64,000 bases of DNA. Origin: Centroscyllium fabricii. Its lineage: Eukaryota. The translations under genes and the position numbers were made by a program. The notes beneath the pieces are model-generated. The model worked only from the letters and a program-made list of their open reading frames with translations, did not search any database and had not been told where the DNA came from. Location: NCBI GenBank assembly GCA_051313645.2, contig JBNRSN020000004.1, positions 317,750,001 to 317,814,000 on the forward strand, given 5' to 3'. This document shows positions 13,671 to 26,189 of the stretch, piece after piece (position 1 is the stretch's first letter; the number at the start of each line of letters is the position of its first letter).

Positions 13671-14439
13671 TATTTCTAATTAAATGATGTAGATGAATGT
13701 TTTAATTATTACATTGAACATAAATACATGAAATTTTACTTACATTAATTGCCTTCTCTGTAATACATTGTTTTCAAGAAAGGACATTATATTTTGGTAA
13801 TAAGAATTGTGTGCATTTTTCAATTAAGCTCACATCGGTATTGTATTGAGCTTTATTAAGGTAAACTTTTATACAGTAGTTTTGTTACTGCTTTCTGAAA
13901 CAATTTTTTTTCCCCAAAATAATAATTTTCATAAACTCCATGCAGCACATAATCTCACAACACGATGTGTAAAGAGCTAAACTGAAGGATTGCATTATTG
14001 TATTATTGGCGTGATTGGTAAAAGAAAAATTATAAATGTGACATTTTATGTTTGTTGACTGAGCCCAAAATCATGATTATTATAAAAGTTGAGTTAAGTT
14101 TGACATTTGTTTAGTTCATGAAGTGATTCAGTTATAACTTTTTTAAAAAATGAACTGAATTATGAAGTGATAAATTAAAGTTGAGCTACATTAAGAAATA
14201 TATCAACATTAATATTCATAATAGTATTGTAGTTAATTTCTATTTTAGATTACTACAATACATCAATGCAATAACTCAATATAAGACATTGTAACTCATT
14301 ATGACAATAGTTATTCATTATTTCAATTCCATTGACCAGTGAAATGAGATTACTAGGGTTGTGAGAAATCTTTCCTGCTTTCAATCTTTAGTTAGCAATG
14401 GCATTAGTCTTGGTGGTAACTTTTAGCTTTCAAAACATT

Positions 14440-14760
14440 CTGGTGACTTAGTCGGTTAAGCTAGTAACTAACTGAGCATACTAATGAGGAAGGTATCAGT
14501 TTTGATCCTCATTCTGTGTTGGGTTAGCTGTTCTTAGCTGGAGTATTGTAGGAATGCTACAGTTTGCCTCGGAGCCTTCGGAGAGAGAAACCAAGTTCCC
14601 ATCTTGCTTTAATTTACTGGAGGTGCAAGTGTGTGGACCTCTGATGAAGATTAGATAGGGTTTGGCTGTGATTGATGATTTGCTCAAGTTTATTGCGGAG
14701 GCTCACCCATAAAAGAATGACAACTTAGATAAAGGGGTGGGGGTGGGCCGAGGACCTTCC
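14440..14760 (+). mobile_element. LF-SINE-like SINE, diverged
   Basis: Colinear with the 16610 and 38130 copies. Confidence 0.45.
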
Positions 14761-15299
14761 CCTTACAGCTCTTAAGTATTTATCAGCCACCAGAGTGATG
14801 CTCTTATGAAATAAAAATCCTCCCTGCACAGTTGCCACTTCATCAGCCAACCTTACTGGTTCTATTCTCCACTTCACAATTATGCAATTAACTGCAGATG
14901 CTTCTGATTGTTTTCTGCCAGAGCAGCCATATGCTACCTGCAGCACAAGCTACCTTAATAAAATTTATTGGGCAATCTTTATAGCCCACGCAATCTGCAC
15001 CGCAATAGTGTGGAGCAAAGTCCAACTCGTCTACATTCAACTTTCTGTGCATGGCAACTTTGACCTGGACATCAATCCTAGCATCCTCACGCAGGGATTC
15101 CATTTTACCTAAATTAATTTAGTGAAGGGCTCCAGTAATAGTTAATCATTGGCAAGACCGAAGGAGTTCCTGTTTGGTTCTCGCTGGAAGCTCTGAACCC
15201 TGATTCCACTTCCTTTCCCTGCTTGCTGAGGGTGAATTTAACAGTTACGCAGCCTTGGTGTCCTGAACTGAACTTCAGACTCCTTTTCCAGTACATCAC

Positions 15300-15890
15300 C
15301 AGGACCCCTTTTTTCCATTAAATTTTGCCCATCTCTACCCCCTACCTCCCTCCCCACCAAAATAAAACCATCCATGTCTTTGTCCAGCATTCTCCTCACT
15401 GCCTGTTGTGTCCACCCTACACATGCTCACAACTTTTCCAGCATTCCACCTCCCACATCCTATACTGTGCAAAGTCTCCATCTAGTGCCTCCAGCCTTTC
15501 TGGCCTTCACAGGCACCCAATTCTCCAATGCACTTCAGAATCCTCATCTACAAATTTGCTATGACCTTGTTGCATCCTATCTCTGCAACATCTTCCAATC
15601 CTGCATACCACTTATCCTCGTCACTCTTCGGAGTCTGGGCTTCTGTATGTTTCCCCTACCTGCCACTCCCATCAGTAGCAGCCATCATGGCCTTGCTATT
15701 TGGAACTCCCATCCTTCACCTTGCTTCATCTCCTTTTCACACCCTCAAAGGCTAGGTCTTCAATCTATCAACTATCCTAACCCCACTTCTGAACCATGTT
15801 CAATGTCTAAATTATCTCCTCCACACCCACTTGTGAATAGCCTTGGAACAGTTTGCTTGTTAAATGTCAAAGTACAAGTTATTGTAATAA
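15300..15890 (+). mobile_element. Old L2 LINE 3' fragment
   Basis: CT-rich L2-like text (..CCTATCTCTGCAAC.., TGGAACTCCC); the 3' end resembles the L2 tail. Confidence 0.45.
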
Positions 15891-16609
15891 GAGTACAATA
15901 GGTACCAATTAGTAAATAAAATTGCAAACCACAATACTCAAATTCATGACAGCCTGGAATATTTTGTAACTAAGTAAAAGTGCTAACGCTCTTAAGAAAA
16001 TGAGAAATAATTTTACATTCTTCAGAGTACAGTGCTTGCAAACACAGCCGGGAGATGCACTGCTTTCTCTGGATAGGCTTACTCGATTTAAATTTCTACT
16101 CTTAGTCACTGAAACAAATAGAGGTTTATGAAGCCACTCATTGAAATCTTGCATGTTACACTTTACACAGGCACTACCCACAACCTCATTTCAGACTAGT
16201 AAACTGGTAAATCCTGTTATGAGCCTCAACAACAAAATAATTTGAAAGCAAAGGAGTGAAGAACCACACAGCAAATGAAGGGATGATTCCATCCAAATCT
16301 TTTGACACTAACCATCGAGACAAACCTCCTGAGAAACTATTTGGTTTCTTTGCACCATTCTTCTCGATGAGGGAAAACTATGCTGATTGACAATCTTACC
16401 TGCTTAAATGCAAAGATGAGTTTAAAACTGTACAAGTGTCCTCAGAGAAAGTGACTAAACACTGCCAAGCACTAAATCAAGGAACATGAGAGTAACGAGA
16501 AGGCATCATTTGATGGGATTAAAAATTTGCTCCCTCTGCCATTTCCCGAAAAGTGGTAGTGCTGATAGAGGCTATTTAATTTTTTTTAATTAAAAAATCG
16601 CATACTGGC

Positions 16610-16990
16610 TCCCCAATGGCTGATCAGGCTTACCCAATGAGTGGCTGGTCAACATTTATCCTGATTGGATTGCTGATCTATTCTGAATTAGTTAATCTTA
16701 CTGGGGCAGAGACTCTACAGTTGGTCTCAACATTGCTAGGTTATGGAAGTAGAAATTAGCACGGTTGTCATTCCTGATCACTACTGAGAAGTATTGCTAG
16801 TATTTCACATGACCGGATCGGGCACAGTTATAATGCCATGTTCCCCCTGCTTCTCCGGTGGTTGAATAGATTGCCAGCACACATTGTCAGCTATAAATAA
16901 TGGCCACTTGGGGGGGAGGTACGACACCATATCCGGCATCCATGGAAATGCACCCTGCAAGGAGTCAATGCCTTTGGAACAGGAGAAAAA
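16610..16990 (+). mobile_element. LF-SINE-like SINE
   Basis: TTCCTGATCACTA, GGATCGGGC, GTTGAATAG and AATGGCCACTTGGGGGGAGGTAC motifs. Confidence 0.55.
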
Positions 16991-18274
16991 TTGGCAGAGA
17001 AAATTGATCAGAAAAAACTCTCAATACACAGCGCATACATTTCTTAACATCTCTCAGGAATGAGATTGATTGTCTTTTTTTTTTAATTAAATAATAGTAG
17101 CTTAAAGGACTTCAAATTATTTTCACAGATATATCAACAATGTCAGAATTGTCAATTAACAGGTAGCAAATCTTGAAGTTTTATCTACAAATTAAAATTC
17201 AGTCTTCTCCCTTTCTGGTTTGCTAGAATATTTGAATCAAGCCAAAACCCTGTGCTGCCCCAAGTAAGACTCTCTAAACCTAGCTTTGTAATGCATGGGT
17301 ACTTAATGACACCATGATGTGCTATACCTTCGGCATATGTCTGGCACTTTGCACATGGACCTTCAACTTACAAAGTTAAAACTACTCAACTTCCACAGCA
17401 ATATGGCACCTAATACAAGGGCACAAACCAGTAAAGGAGGACAACTGAGTAATTACAAGCCATTAACCCTCTTGCAGGAGGTCACTCCTATACGACCATC
17501 GAGAGGGTAAGAGAAGGTGAAGCTGCAAGCCTTCCCCAAGTTAAGGGCTAATATCGATTATGTCTTGTTCTCACTCTCTCCCACAAAGCCGTACGCACAA
17601 ACAACTTAAACAATTAATATCCTGTTACGTATTCTGTGTAGGGCAGGAATTGCAGCAGCCAGGACAAGACAGCACCCTGCCTCTTTCTCTCCAACATTTT
17701 TAAGCACCAGCATAGCTACACACATGCAGTTAATGAGCTCGAGATAGTAGCACTGGGTGAGTCACGTGGCCCAGGTGAGCATAGGAACAGGAATAGACCA
17801 TTTAGCCCCTTGGGGCTGTCCACCATTCAGTTAGATCATGGTTGAGCTCTATCTTAACTGCCAGAGGAGGAGTGACAAACTGCTGGTTGTCATCAAAGAA
17901 TCTATATCCTTTGAGCAATGCAGTGATATTGGACAGTAACATTGTGCCTATTGTTAGTCAGTAGCAAAGAAGATTAAATAGCTGGTTATGCTGACTAATG
18001 CAAAGTACCAACCAAATGGTGAGGTTCATTGTAGGCATCCTTTAAGCAGATGGTATAACTGACCAGCTGATCCCCCTGCTGACCCACAGCCTGTTCACTA
18101 TAGTTATTGCTGTAGAGTAGGATTGCCTGGGGCCATCTATCTTCCTTGATCAAGTTCACACCACACTTTTAAGTCACTTGAGAACCCATATAAATCACTG
18201 ATGGGATTGGCGAAAAACAAGTGGCACCTCTACTTTGTACCTGGGATTTGGAGAATCTGAATTTGGAGATTCAG

Positions 18275-18460
18275 CTATCTCCGATTTTAACCAATGCACC
18301 CAGTGGAAATGGGGTGGGTTTGGGTCAGAATGTGCTTTACACCCGTTCCGATTTTACTTTTCCATTGACATGGAGTGTAAAATTGGGTGGAGTGCAAATT
18401 GGGGGTCCAGAAAAACAAGCCCTGTTCCTTCTGGGGGTGAGAGGTTAAAATGAGGGCTAT
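18275..18460. repeat. Short imperfect palindromic MITE-like element
   Basis: ATTTTAACC..GGTTAAAAT ends and internal TTTACACC/GAGTGTAAA symmetry. Confidence 0.4.
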
Positions 18461-19814
18461 AATTATTAGTACACAGGTTATTAAAGGCAACAGTAGTTCC
18501 GGGTTACTGTCTGATGTTTGTTAAGTGAAAAGCACTGTTTAAGGTCAAGTTGTTGTTGGCTACAGTTACGGTCTTTTCATATATAGGAAATATCCATCAA
18601 AAGAGGAATGCAGGTTGCATTCTGGAAGGTCCATGATCTTAATAACCCCATTGAATTTATAGATATTGGCAGTAATTGGGTGACTTGTGTATCAGACACC
18701 TGCCAAGATGCATAGGAAATAGATGGGAAGAATGCTCTTAGAAACTTTAAGTATTTGCAGCGGACAAGTAGACATTTTCTTCCAAAAATCACAGTACTGG
18801 AGAACATATTTAGCGATGAGGCAGATTCTTACTGTTAGTATTCTGTTAGACGGAAAAGATACTGACCATTTATGCTCCCAACAGTAACCTGTGTTCTTTC
18901 TTAGCCTATATGGCCTCAAACTTTTCCCAACTGATGTTTGCTCCATTATAGTTGGCAACAAATAAACGGAATAAATATTAGGTGAACCATTTTACAAATC
19001 TCAGGGTCCTTGGGTCTTGTTAATCAGACCTTGAAGCAGCTCTCCAAGAGCAGATGGACTTCACTGATTTTTAATGGATGGCTCATGAGGGAAAGGCAAT
19101 ACTTATTTCTCTACAATCGGTGAGATATACACAAATATGGACTGTTGCTTCCCTCCCAAGACCAACCTGTAGCATTGTACTGTATGACTTTGTCCTTTTC
19201 ACCCATCACTAACAGTGTACTATAGCCCTGCTCCTCTCCAATGTCATCATCCACTTTGCACAATACACATTTTATAAAATGCTTCTGACAAGCTAATAAA
19301 AAACTACTCTTCCTTCCTAATATCAACATGTAGATTCAGAAAATGTTACAGTACTGAAGTAGGCCATTTGGCCTATCAAGTCTGCGATGGTGTTTTTCTT
19401 CACATGAACCATCTACTTTAATTCCACACTCTTGCTCCCTCCCCATACTTTTTAATATTCCTCTTTCTCAATCAACTATCTGATTCCATTTTAGAACAAT
19501 TTATGAACTCAACTCCAACAACCGTTTGTGTCTGAGAGTTTCACCTATTTAGCCTTTTCTTAAAATTGCAGTGTTTTACAATAAAACACATCTTGCAACT
19601 ATCAATAATGAATCCAAAAATGACAGTTTGGGAAAGTGGACAAACACAACTATCAGCTTTAATATGCAAGTACATGAACAACGAAATGTGATCTTGCAAG
19701 CTCCCAAGAGTCCAGCAAAGCCGCTGCGTCTGTGTGTGCCGCCATTCCATCTTTCCATCATTCCGACAATCCTCAGCCAACCGCCCCTCCCCGGGGCTCC
19801 TTTCATGACCTTCT

Positions 19815-19879
19815 GCACCTGGTATTCCCTAGTGGTCACCCATTCAAGTACTAACCAGGCCTGGTTCTGCTTAGCTTCC
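19815..19879 (-). pseudogene. 5S rRNA-derived fragment (pseudogene or SINE3 head)
   Basis: The reverse complement GGAAGCTAAGCAGAACCAGGCCTGGTTAGTACTTGAATGGGTGACCACTAGGGAATACCAGGTGC matches the 3' half of vertebrate 5S rRNA, including the internal promoter. Confidence 0.85.
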
Positions 19880-20732
19880 AAGTCTTCCCTGTGGCCCTGT
19901 CCCTAGTCCCAGGAACAGGGCTTAGCCTGTACTTTATAAAATTAACCAATTTAATAGTCAAAATCAAAATATATAACCCATCATTTCCGAAACAATTGCA
20001 CATCTTTTACCTTATTTTCCTTTTCCTCCAGCTTTTCTTAACCAGAACCTAGTGTTGCCTTGTTAGTGCATCACTCAAACTGATAAAACTGTTGGTCGGT
20101 ATGTCAAAGAACCTTTTCTAAATCCTGCTGCACACAGTCTTCCACAATAATATGGTAGGCCACATTTTTTTTTTTTTTAAAGCAGAAAAAGGCCTACTAA
20201 AACAAAAAACATTTTCTAAACCATGTGATGGTTGGTGAATTCTTAAATATTTTATCATGGTGTCCTGTGGCATCCTACCTCACAAACCTGAAGTTGTTTG
20301 AGGTCTTATATTGCACAGTACTAACCTGTAACAGAAGGCCAGCATGAAAAAATAAATGCCACAGAATACGCACAATGCTGGATGTCTATCAGACGATTAC
20401 AGGTAGTAATCCCGTCAGATGCAGCTGAAAAACTGCTTCAGAATTATCCAAACCCTCCCTTTAGGTTACTGCCTTGTACATTGCCATCTTCCAGAAACTT
20501 CTGTTTTCATTAGTCTTGTGATATCTTCCACACAAATTTGTCTCAAGTTTCTCAATAGAAACACCCATTGTATCATACTGCCTATTTCCAGAATAAAGAA
20601 AGCTGTACTTTCTCTATTAAGATGCTAAGTTTTGTTAATATTGATGTTCAAGATGTCGTTGTGAAGTTTTTTCAAAATATCTTTTGCTAGTATTTTAGAA
20701 AGCACTAAATTATTTTCTTTGTTCATTCTTAG

Positions 20733-21222
20733 GTGGTGCTTCCAACTTTTATTTTAGAGAAGAGGTCATTGCTGGAAATGTATGCAAATTTCATGGCCCA
20801 TGCAGACATGTTTGTGTCGATCACTGCAGGTACCACAGCTGAAGAACGGATTATCTGCTTTGTGGAATATTACCTGACTGCTTTCCACGAGGGCCGAAAG
20901 GGAGCGGTGGCAAAGAAACCTTATAATCCGATAATTGGAGAAACTTTCCACTGCTCTTGGAACGTGCCAAAAGATAAAGTGAAAGCCAACAACGCTTTAA
21001 CCATTGCCAAGGACGAGCCCAAGACCCAACATGCCCTCGAGTCTAGCAAGGACCCGACAGAATGCTACAAAGTGAGATTTGCGGCAGAACAAGTTTCCCA
21101 TCATCCACCGGTTTCTGGTTTTTACTGCGAATGCAAGGAGAGGAAAATATGTGTGAATGCGCATGTGTGGACCAAGAGCAAATTCATGGGGATGTCCATC
21201 GGGGTCACCATGGTAGGGGAAG
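20733..21222 (+). CDS. OSBPL10: Oxysterol-binding protein-related protein 10, internal exon (ORD N-terminal half)
   Basis: Splice sites ttcttAG and GTaag. Encodes [29 protein letters not shown] and the OSBP signature EQVSHHPP. 490 nt, ends in phase 1. Confidence 0.95.
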
Positions 21223-21504
21223 GTAAGAACTTTGCAAATCTAACATTATTTTTTTAAGCTAACTTGGTGTATTATGGTGGATTGAAAGTAACTATAATAT
21301 TCAATTATTAATTTAAGGTAGTGTTTTGTAGCTAATATCCAGTTACATTTCTACATGTAATTTTCAGTGACTGAAAATGTATATGCTGATCCAATCCAAT
21401 ACTTATTGGAGAGTACTCTATTTAATCAGCAATGCTGCAAGTACTTGTTTAAATCTTCAAATTTCCCCCCCCCCCCCCCCCCAAAACTTGATTCACTTTT
21501 TATA

Positions 21505-21612
21505 TCTAGGGTTAGATGAAGTAGAGTGGGAGGAGGCTAGTCTGGAACATAAACACCAGCATAGATCAGTTGGGCTGAATGGCCTGTTTCTGTGCTGTAA
21601 ATTCTATGTAAT
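21505..21612 (+). mobile_element. CR1 3' tail fragment
   Basis: TTGGGCTGAATGGCCTGTTTCTGTGCTGTAAATTCTATG. Confidence 0.65.
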
Positions 21613-21765
21613 GTAATCTTGAAAAATAATCCTGAATTTTCCAACATGGTGGGCTGGAACACAAGAAATGTTGAACTTTTGAGCAACAATATCATACTAA
21701 ATGTTAGCAATTCAAGAATAGAATTATTGGGACTCAGTATGTCATCAATATCAATCAGCATTGTA

Positions 21766-22109
21766 CAGGTTGAGCAGCGGTAATCCGGCACCCGATGGTC
21801 CAGCAACTTCAGTGGTCCGGCACGAATCGAAACCGGCGGCCTTCAGTTTGTGGAGCAGCCGCTCGGTGGCACCGCCGTTTCCTGCGAAGGGTGGGCGAGC
21901 GCCGACGGTGTCGGGCATTTGGGTTGCTGGTTTTTCAGTTCTTGTAAGTGTTCTATCCCCGGGCTCCCTCCCGGGGAGTGTTCTATCCGCGCGCTCCGGG
22001 CCCCGGGGAATGTTCTAACGTGCTCCCCCGAACCTTCAGTGGTTCGGAATTTTCAGTGGTCCGGCACCAGCCTGGTCCTGAGGATGCCGGATTACCGGTG
22101 CTCAACCTG
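21766..22109. mobile_element. Tigger/pogo-like MITE, subfamily A
   Basis: TIR CAGGTTGAGCA..TGCTCAACCTG, TA TSD; interior shared with 47727-48107. Confidence 0.85.
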
Positions 22110-22211
22110 TAGTACAATAGCAAAATACAGTGGATGCTGGTATATAAAATAGAAACCGATAATGCTGGTAATACTCAGCAGGTCAGGCAGCATCTGTGGA
22201 GAGAGAAACAG

Positions 22212-22248
22212 AGTTAACGTTTCAGGTCTGTGACCTTTCGTCAGAACT
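22212..22248 (-). ncRNA. Minimal type I hammerhead ribozyme, intact core
   Basis: Minus strand reads AGUU-CUGACGA-A-AGGUC-aca-GACCU-GAAA-CG-UU-AACU, with palindromic AACGUU in place of helix III. Confidence 0.85.
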
Positions 22249-24195
22249 GGAATAAGTTAGAGATGTGACAGATTTTAACCAGGTACATAGGCAGGGAAAG
22301 ATGAGGTGCTGTTCCTCGAGCTTACGTTGAGCTTCATTGGAACAGTGTAAGAGGCGAAGGACAGAGAGGTCAGAGTGGGAGCAGAGCGGTGAATTAAAGT
22401 GACAGGCGACCAGAAGCTCGGAGTCACCTTTACCGACTGAACGGAGGTGTTCCGCAAAGGGATGGGGCTGGTCGAGGGCCATGTCAACCCAAGATCCACA
22501 AAGAGGACTGCCCTGGTAGACCCATCGTTTCAGCCTGGTCTTGCCCCACAGAACTGATTTCATCCTATCTCTACTCTTTTTTTTTTCTCCCCTTGTCCAG
22601 TCTCTTCCCACCTACATTCATGACTCTTCCTACACCCTCCGCCACTTTAACAGTTTCCAGTTTCCCGGCCCCAACCATTTCCTTTTCACCTATGGATGTC
22701 CAATCCCTCTACACCTCCATCCCCCACCAGGGTGGCCTGAGGGCGCTCCGCTTCTTCCTTGAACAGAGGCCCAACCAGTCCCCATCCACCACAACCCTCC
22801 TCCGCCTGGCTGAACTTGTTCTCACATTGAACAACTTCTCCTCTGATTCCACTCACTTCCTCCAAATTAAAGGTGTTGCTATGGGAACCCGCATGGGCCC
22901 TAGCTATGCCTGCCTGTTCATGGGATAAGTAGAACACCCTTTGTTCCAGTCCTACTCGGGTCCCCTCCCTCACCTCTTTTTCTAGTACATTGATGACTGT
23001 ATTAGTGCCATTTCCTGCTCTCACCCTGAACTAGAATATTTCATTATCTTTGCTTCCAATTTCTACTCTTCCTTCACCTTCACACGGAGCATCTCTGACT
23101 CTTCCCTTCCCTTCCTCGACTACTCTGTCTCTGTTTTTGGGGAAAGGCTATCAACAAACATCCACTATATGCCCACTGACTCCCACAGCTACCTGGACTA
23201 CACTTCCTCCCACCCCGCTTCCTGTAAGGACTCTATTCCATTCTCCCAGTTTCTCCGTCTCTGCCACATCTGTTTTGACGATGGCACCTTCCATACTAGT
23301 GCTTCTGATATGTCTTTCTTTTTCCTCAACCGAGGAGTCCCCTCTACCGTGTCCATTCCATTTCCTGCACTTCTGCTCTCATCCCTTCCCCTCCCCAGAA
23401 CCACGATAGGGTTCCCCTTGTCCTCACCCTTCACCCCACCAGCCTCCACATTCAGCAGAGCATCCTCTGCCATTTCCACCACCTCCAGCGTGATCCCACC
23501 ACCAAACACATCTTCCCCTCCCCTCCCCTTTCAGCATTCCGAAGGAATCGCTCTCTCCGTGACACCCTGGTCCACTCCTCAATCACCCCCAACAGTCCTT
23601 CCCCTTCCCATGGCACCTTCTCGTCCAAGTGCAGGAAATGCAATACATGCCCTTTTACCTCCTCCCTTCCCACTGTCCAGGGCCCCAAACACTCCTTCCA
23701 GGTGAAACAGCGATTTACTTGTACTTCTTGCAATCTAGTATACGGTATTCACTGCTCACAATACGGTCTCCTCTACATTGGGGAGACCAAACGCAGATTG
23801 GGCGATGGCTTTGTGGAACTTCTCCGTTCAGTCATAAGGGTGACCCCGAGCTTCCGGTCGCCTGTCTCTTTAATTCTCCGCTCCGCTCCCACTCTGACCT
23901 CTCTGTCCTCGGCCTCTTACACTGTTCCAATGAAACTCAACGTAAGCTCGAGGAACAGCATCTCATCTTTCGCTTAGGCACTTTACAGCCTTCTGGACTC
24001 AACATCGAGTTCAACAATTTCAGACTATAAGCTCTGCCCCTATTTCTTTCAGACGGCAGCTGTTGTTGATTCTGCCATTCCCATTTGCAGCATTTAACCA
24101 CTCCTGCCTTCCACCCTATCACAGACCTTCCCCTTTGTTCTTTCCTCCCCTTTCCCTGCCTCTGCTTAAAATCTGTTACATCGCTAACTTTTTCC

Positions 24196-24232
24196 AGTTC
24201 TGACAGAAGGTGACAGACCTAAAACGTTAACT
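24196..24232 (+). ncRNA. Degenerate hammerhead ribozyme copy
   Basis: AGUU-CUGACAG-A-AGGUG-aca-GACCU-AAAA-CG-UU-AACU; G8, A9 and G12 are changed relative to the 22212 copy. Confidence 0.75.
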
Positions 24233-24334
24233 CTGTTTCTCTCTCCACAGACGCTGCCTAACCTGCTGAGTATTTCCAGCATTTTCTGTTTTTATTTTAG
24301 CATTGTAGTGTGTTGTTGTAAATGCACCCTGGTC

Positions 24335-24982
24335 ATTGATTTTAGAATGTATGCATACGTGCCCATCGCCATTTTTATGGTGGCGGGTTTTGTGACGTGT
24401 GACTGTCCCACCATGGAGAGGCAGGGCACTTCATTAGCATATTGAAATCAGGCTTCCACAGTGCAATTGGGTTAAATTTAATAGTTGCCATGCGCGTTTC
24501 CCAGGACTCGAGAAACCGGCAGTAAAAGGGAGGCAGGAGCTGGCGGCTCAAGAAGGTAAGTGCCTTTTACAGCACTCCTTGTGGGCCAGCAGGAGCAGGA
24601 GTGCTCCCCCGATCCCTCAAGTAAGCCTTTAGCTTCCCCCCTGCCAGCTGCAACCTCTTTCTTTCCTGCTGCAATCGCCTCCGCCCCAAGCCCCGATCTC
24701 TCTTTCCCTTCATCCCACAATGGCCTCTTTCTCACCCCCACCCCCCAGCCTCGACCTCTCACTCCCTCCCCCCTCCCGATTGCCGGGGACCATTCGCAAG
24801 GGTCTCCAGTTGCGGCCTCCAGCTGATGCCCACCGTTTCCCCGTCATCCAGGTGGGAAACGGAAGAAAAAGTTATAATGAAGTACTGCCATTAGATTCAG
24901 CAGGTCCTCCACCTCCTCAGCCTTGCCAGGTTTTCCCGACGATCCCCCACACCTTCCCCAACTCACCGTAAATATCGGGGCC
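24335..24982. mobile_element. GC-rich Harbinger-type non-autonomous element, diverged
   Basis: Ends in AAATATCGGGGCC; the AAGGTAAG/AGGAGCAGGAGTGCTCC interior resembles the reverse of the 38624 element. Confidence 0.45.
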
Positions 24983-25889
24983 TCTAATTCACCTTATTGC
25001 TGCTTGGGCAAATATCTTCTAGATTGAATGTACACTTCAGTTGCCAAAGAGAAGGAGTGCTGTTCAGCATCTACTACAGTGATCCAATCCCTATCCGCCA
25101 CAAATATGAAGTCTCATTTGAATGTGTAGTTTACAGCTGTCATATCGAAAGATATTTATTATTTCCATATTTGTGCTCTTAGGTCCTTATCTGGGTCTGC
25201 TATTCCCCCCTCTCTGGCTAGTGCACAGAATCGTACGATTAAACCCACAACTTTCATCTCATTGTTGTTTGCTCCTCAGATCCATGCACAGCCACACACA
25301 CCTTGCATGACAATGAAAACTTTCTCAATTTAGCACCACTCTCAATACTATTTTATTATTCAGTGCAGTGAACTGCAGCCCTACAAGGAAGTCTCAGGAG
25401 CATGACTTAAATAAGACTGTGTCAGAGGAGCAGTGTGAGGATATGTCTGCTACTCTGTGTGCACCGCAACCAGCTTGCATGTGACAAGGTCAATTCAAAA
25501 TCTTTCATGCAATATATTATGTTATATGCTCCTGGACTTGATAATAGCTCGCAAATGTTGGACAGGACTGTTGCAAGTAAGATGGAGAGTTTTACACCTT
25601 CTTTAGCATCTTCTAAATATGCCTGGTCACTTGTACTACCTGGAAACGTTTCTGCTGAATTGATAAATGAATTTCTATTGACTTTGACCTTTGTTACAAC
25701 TTGCTGGAACTACTGGTATTGATTTCTCCAGCCCATTCCTCTGCATACGCTCCTTCAAACCTCATGCCAGTGTATTTTTTTGCTGTTGCATAAGATGCGG
25801 TTGTTCCTCTTGTATGGTCTGGATAAGATTGCTCTGGAGAATGGCTCAATCAGAGAGAGTTAGGTGCTATATCCAGCTGATGCTAAAGG

Positions 25890-26129
25890 AAACATAGAAA
25901 CTAGGAGCAGGAGTAGGCCATTCGGCCCTTCGAGCCTGCTCCGCCATTCAATTAGATCATGGCTGATCATCCAAACCCAGTACCCCGCCCCTGCCCCCTC
26001 CCCATATCCCTATCGAGCCTGCACTGACACATATCCCACCCTATCCCCGCAACCCCACATATTCAATCCCCCTAACACTAAGGGTCAATTTATCATGGCC
26101 AATCAATCTAACCCGCACATCTTTGGACT
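25890..26129 (-). mobile_element. 5'-truncated HE1-like V-SINE
   Basis: Near-identical to 28157-28392. Confidence 0.9.
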
Positions 26130-26189
26130 TTATGCCTAGATTCTGTTTCTACAGTATCACAAGCATATGGTTGGAAACTCAAATCTAAT

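Larger units (their letters stand above)
22120..24298 (+). mobile_element. Penelope-like element (Neptune type), 5'-truncated, with an inverted pseudo-LTR at ~22120-22460
   Basis: The + strand from ~22490 has broken RT motifs (PKIHK..PGRPI, MDVQSLYTSIP, QIKGVAMG, YIDD) and GIY-YIG (NLVYGIHC..YIGET). 22146-22460 is an inverted copy of the 3' end (23810-24298) with an internal deletion. Confidence 0.92.

Noticed and set aside
19815-19879. Functional 5S rRNA gene
   Set aside because: Only about half the length, with several substitutions, and not in an array.
1-20700. Upstream OSBPL10 exon (expected ..LKLGMDLT..)
   Set aside because: Not found by eye; probably lies before the window.
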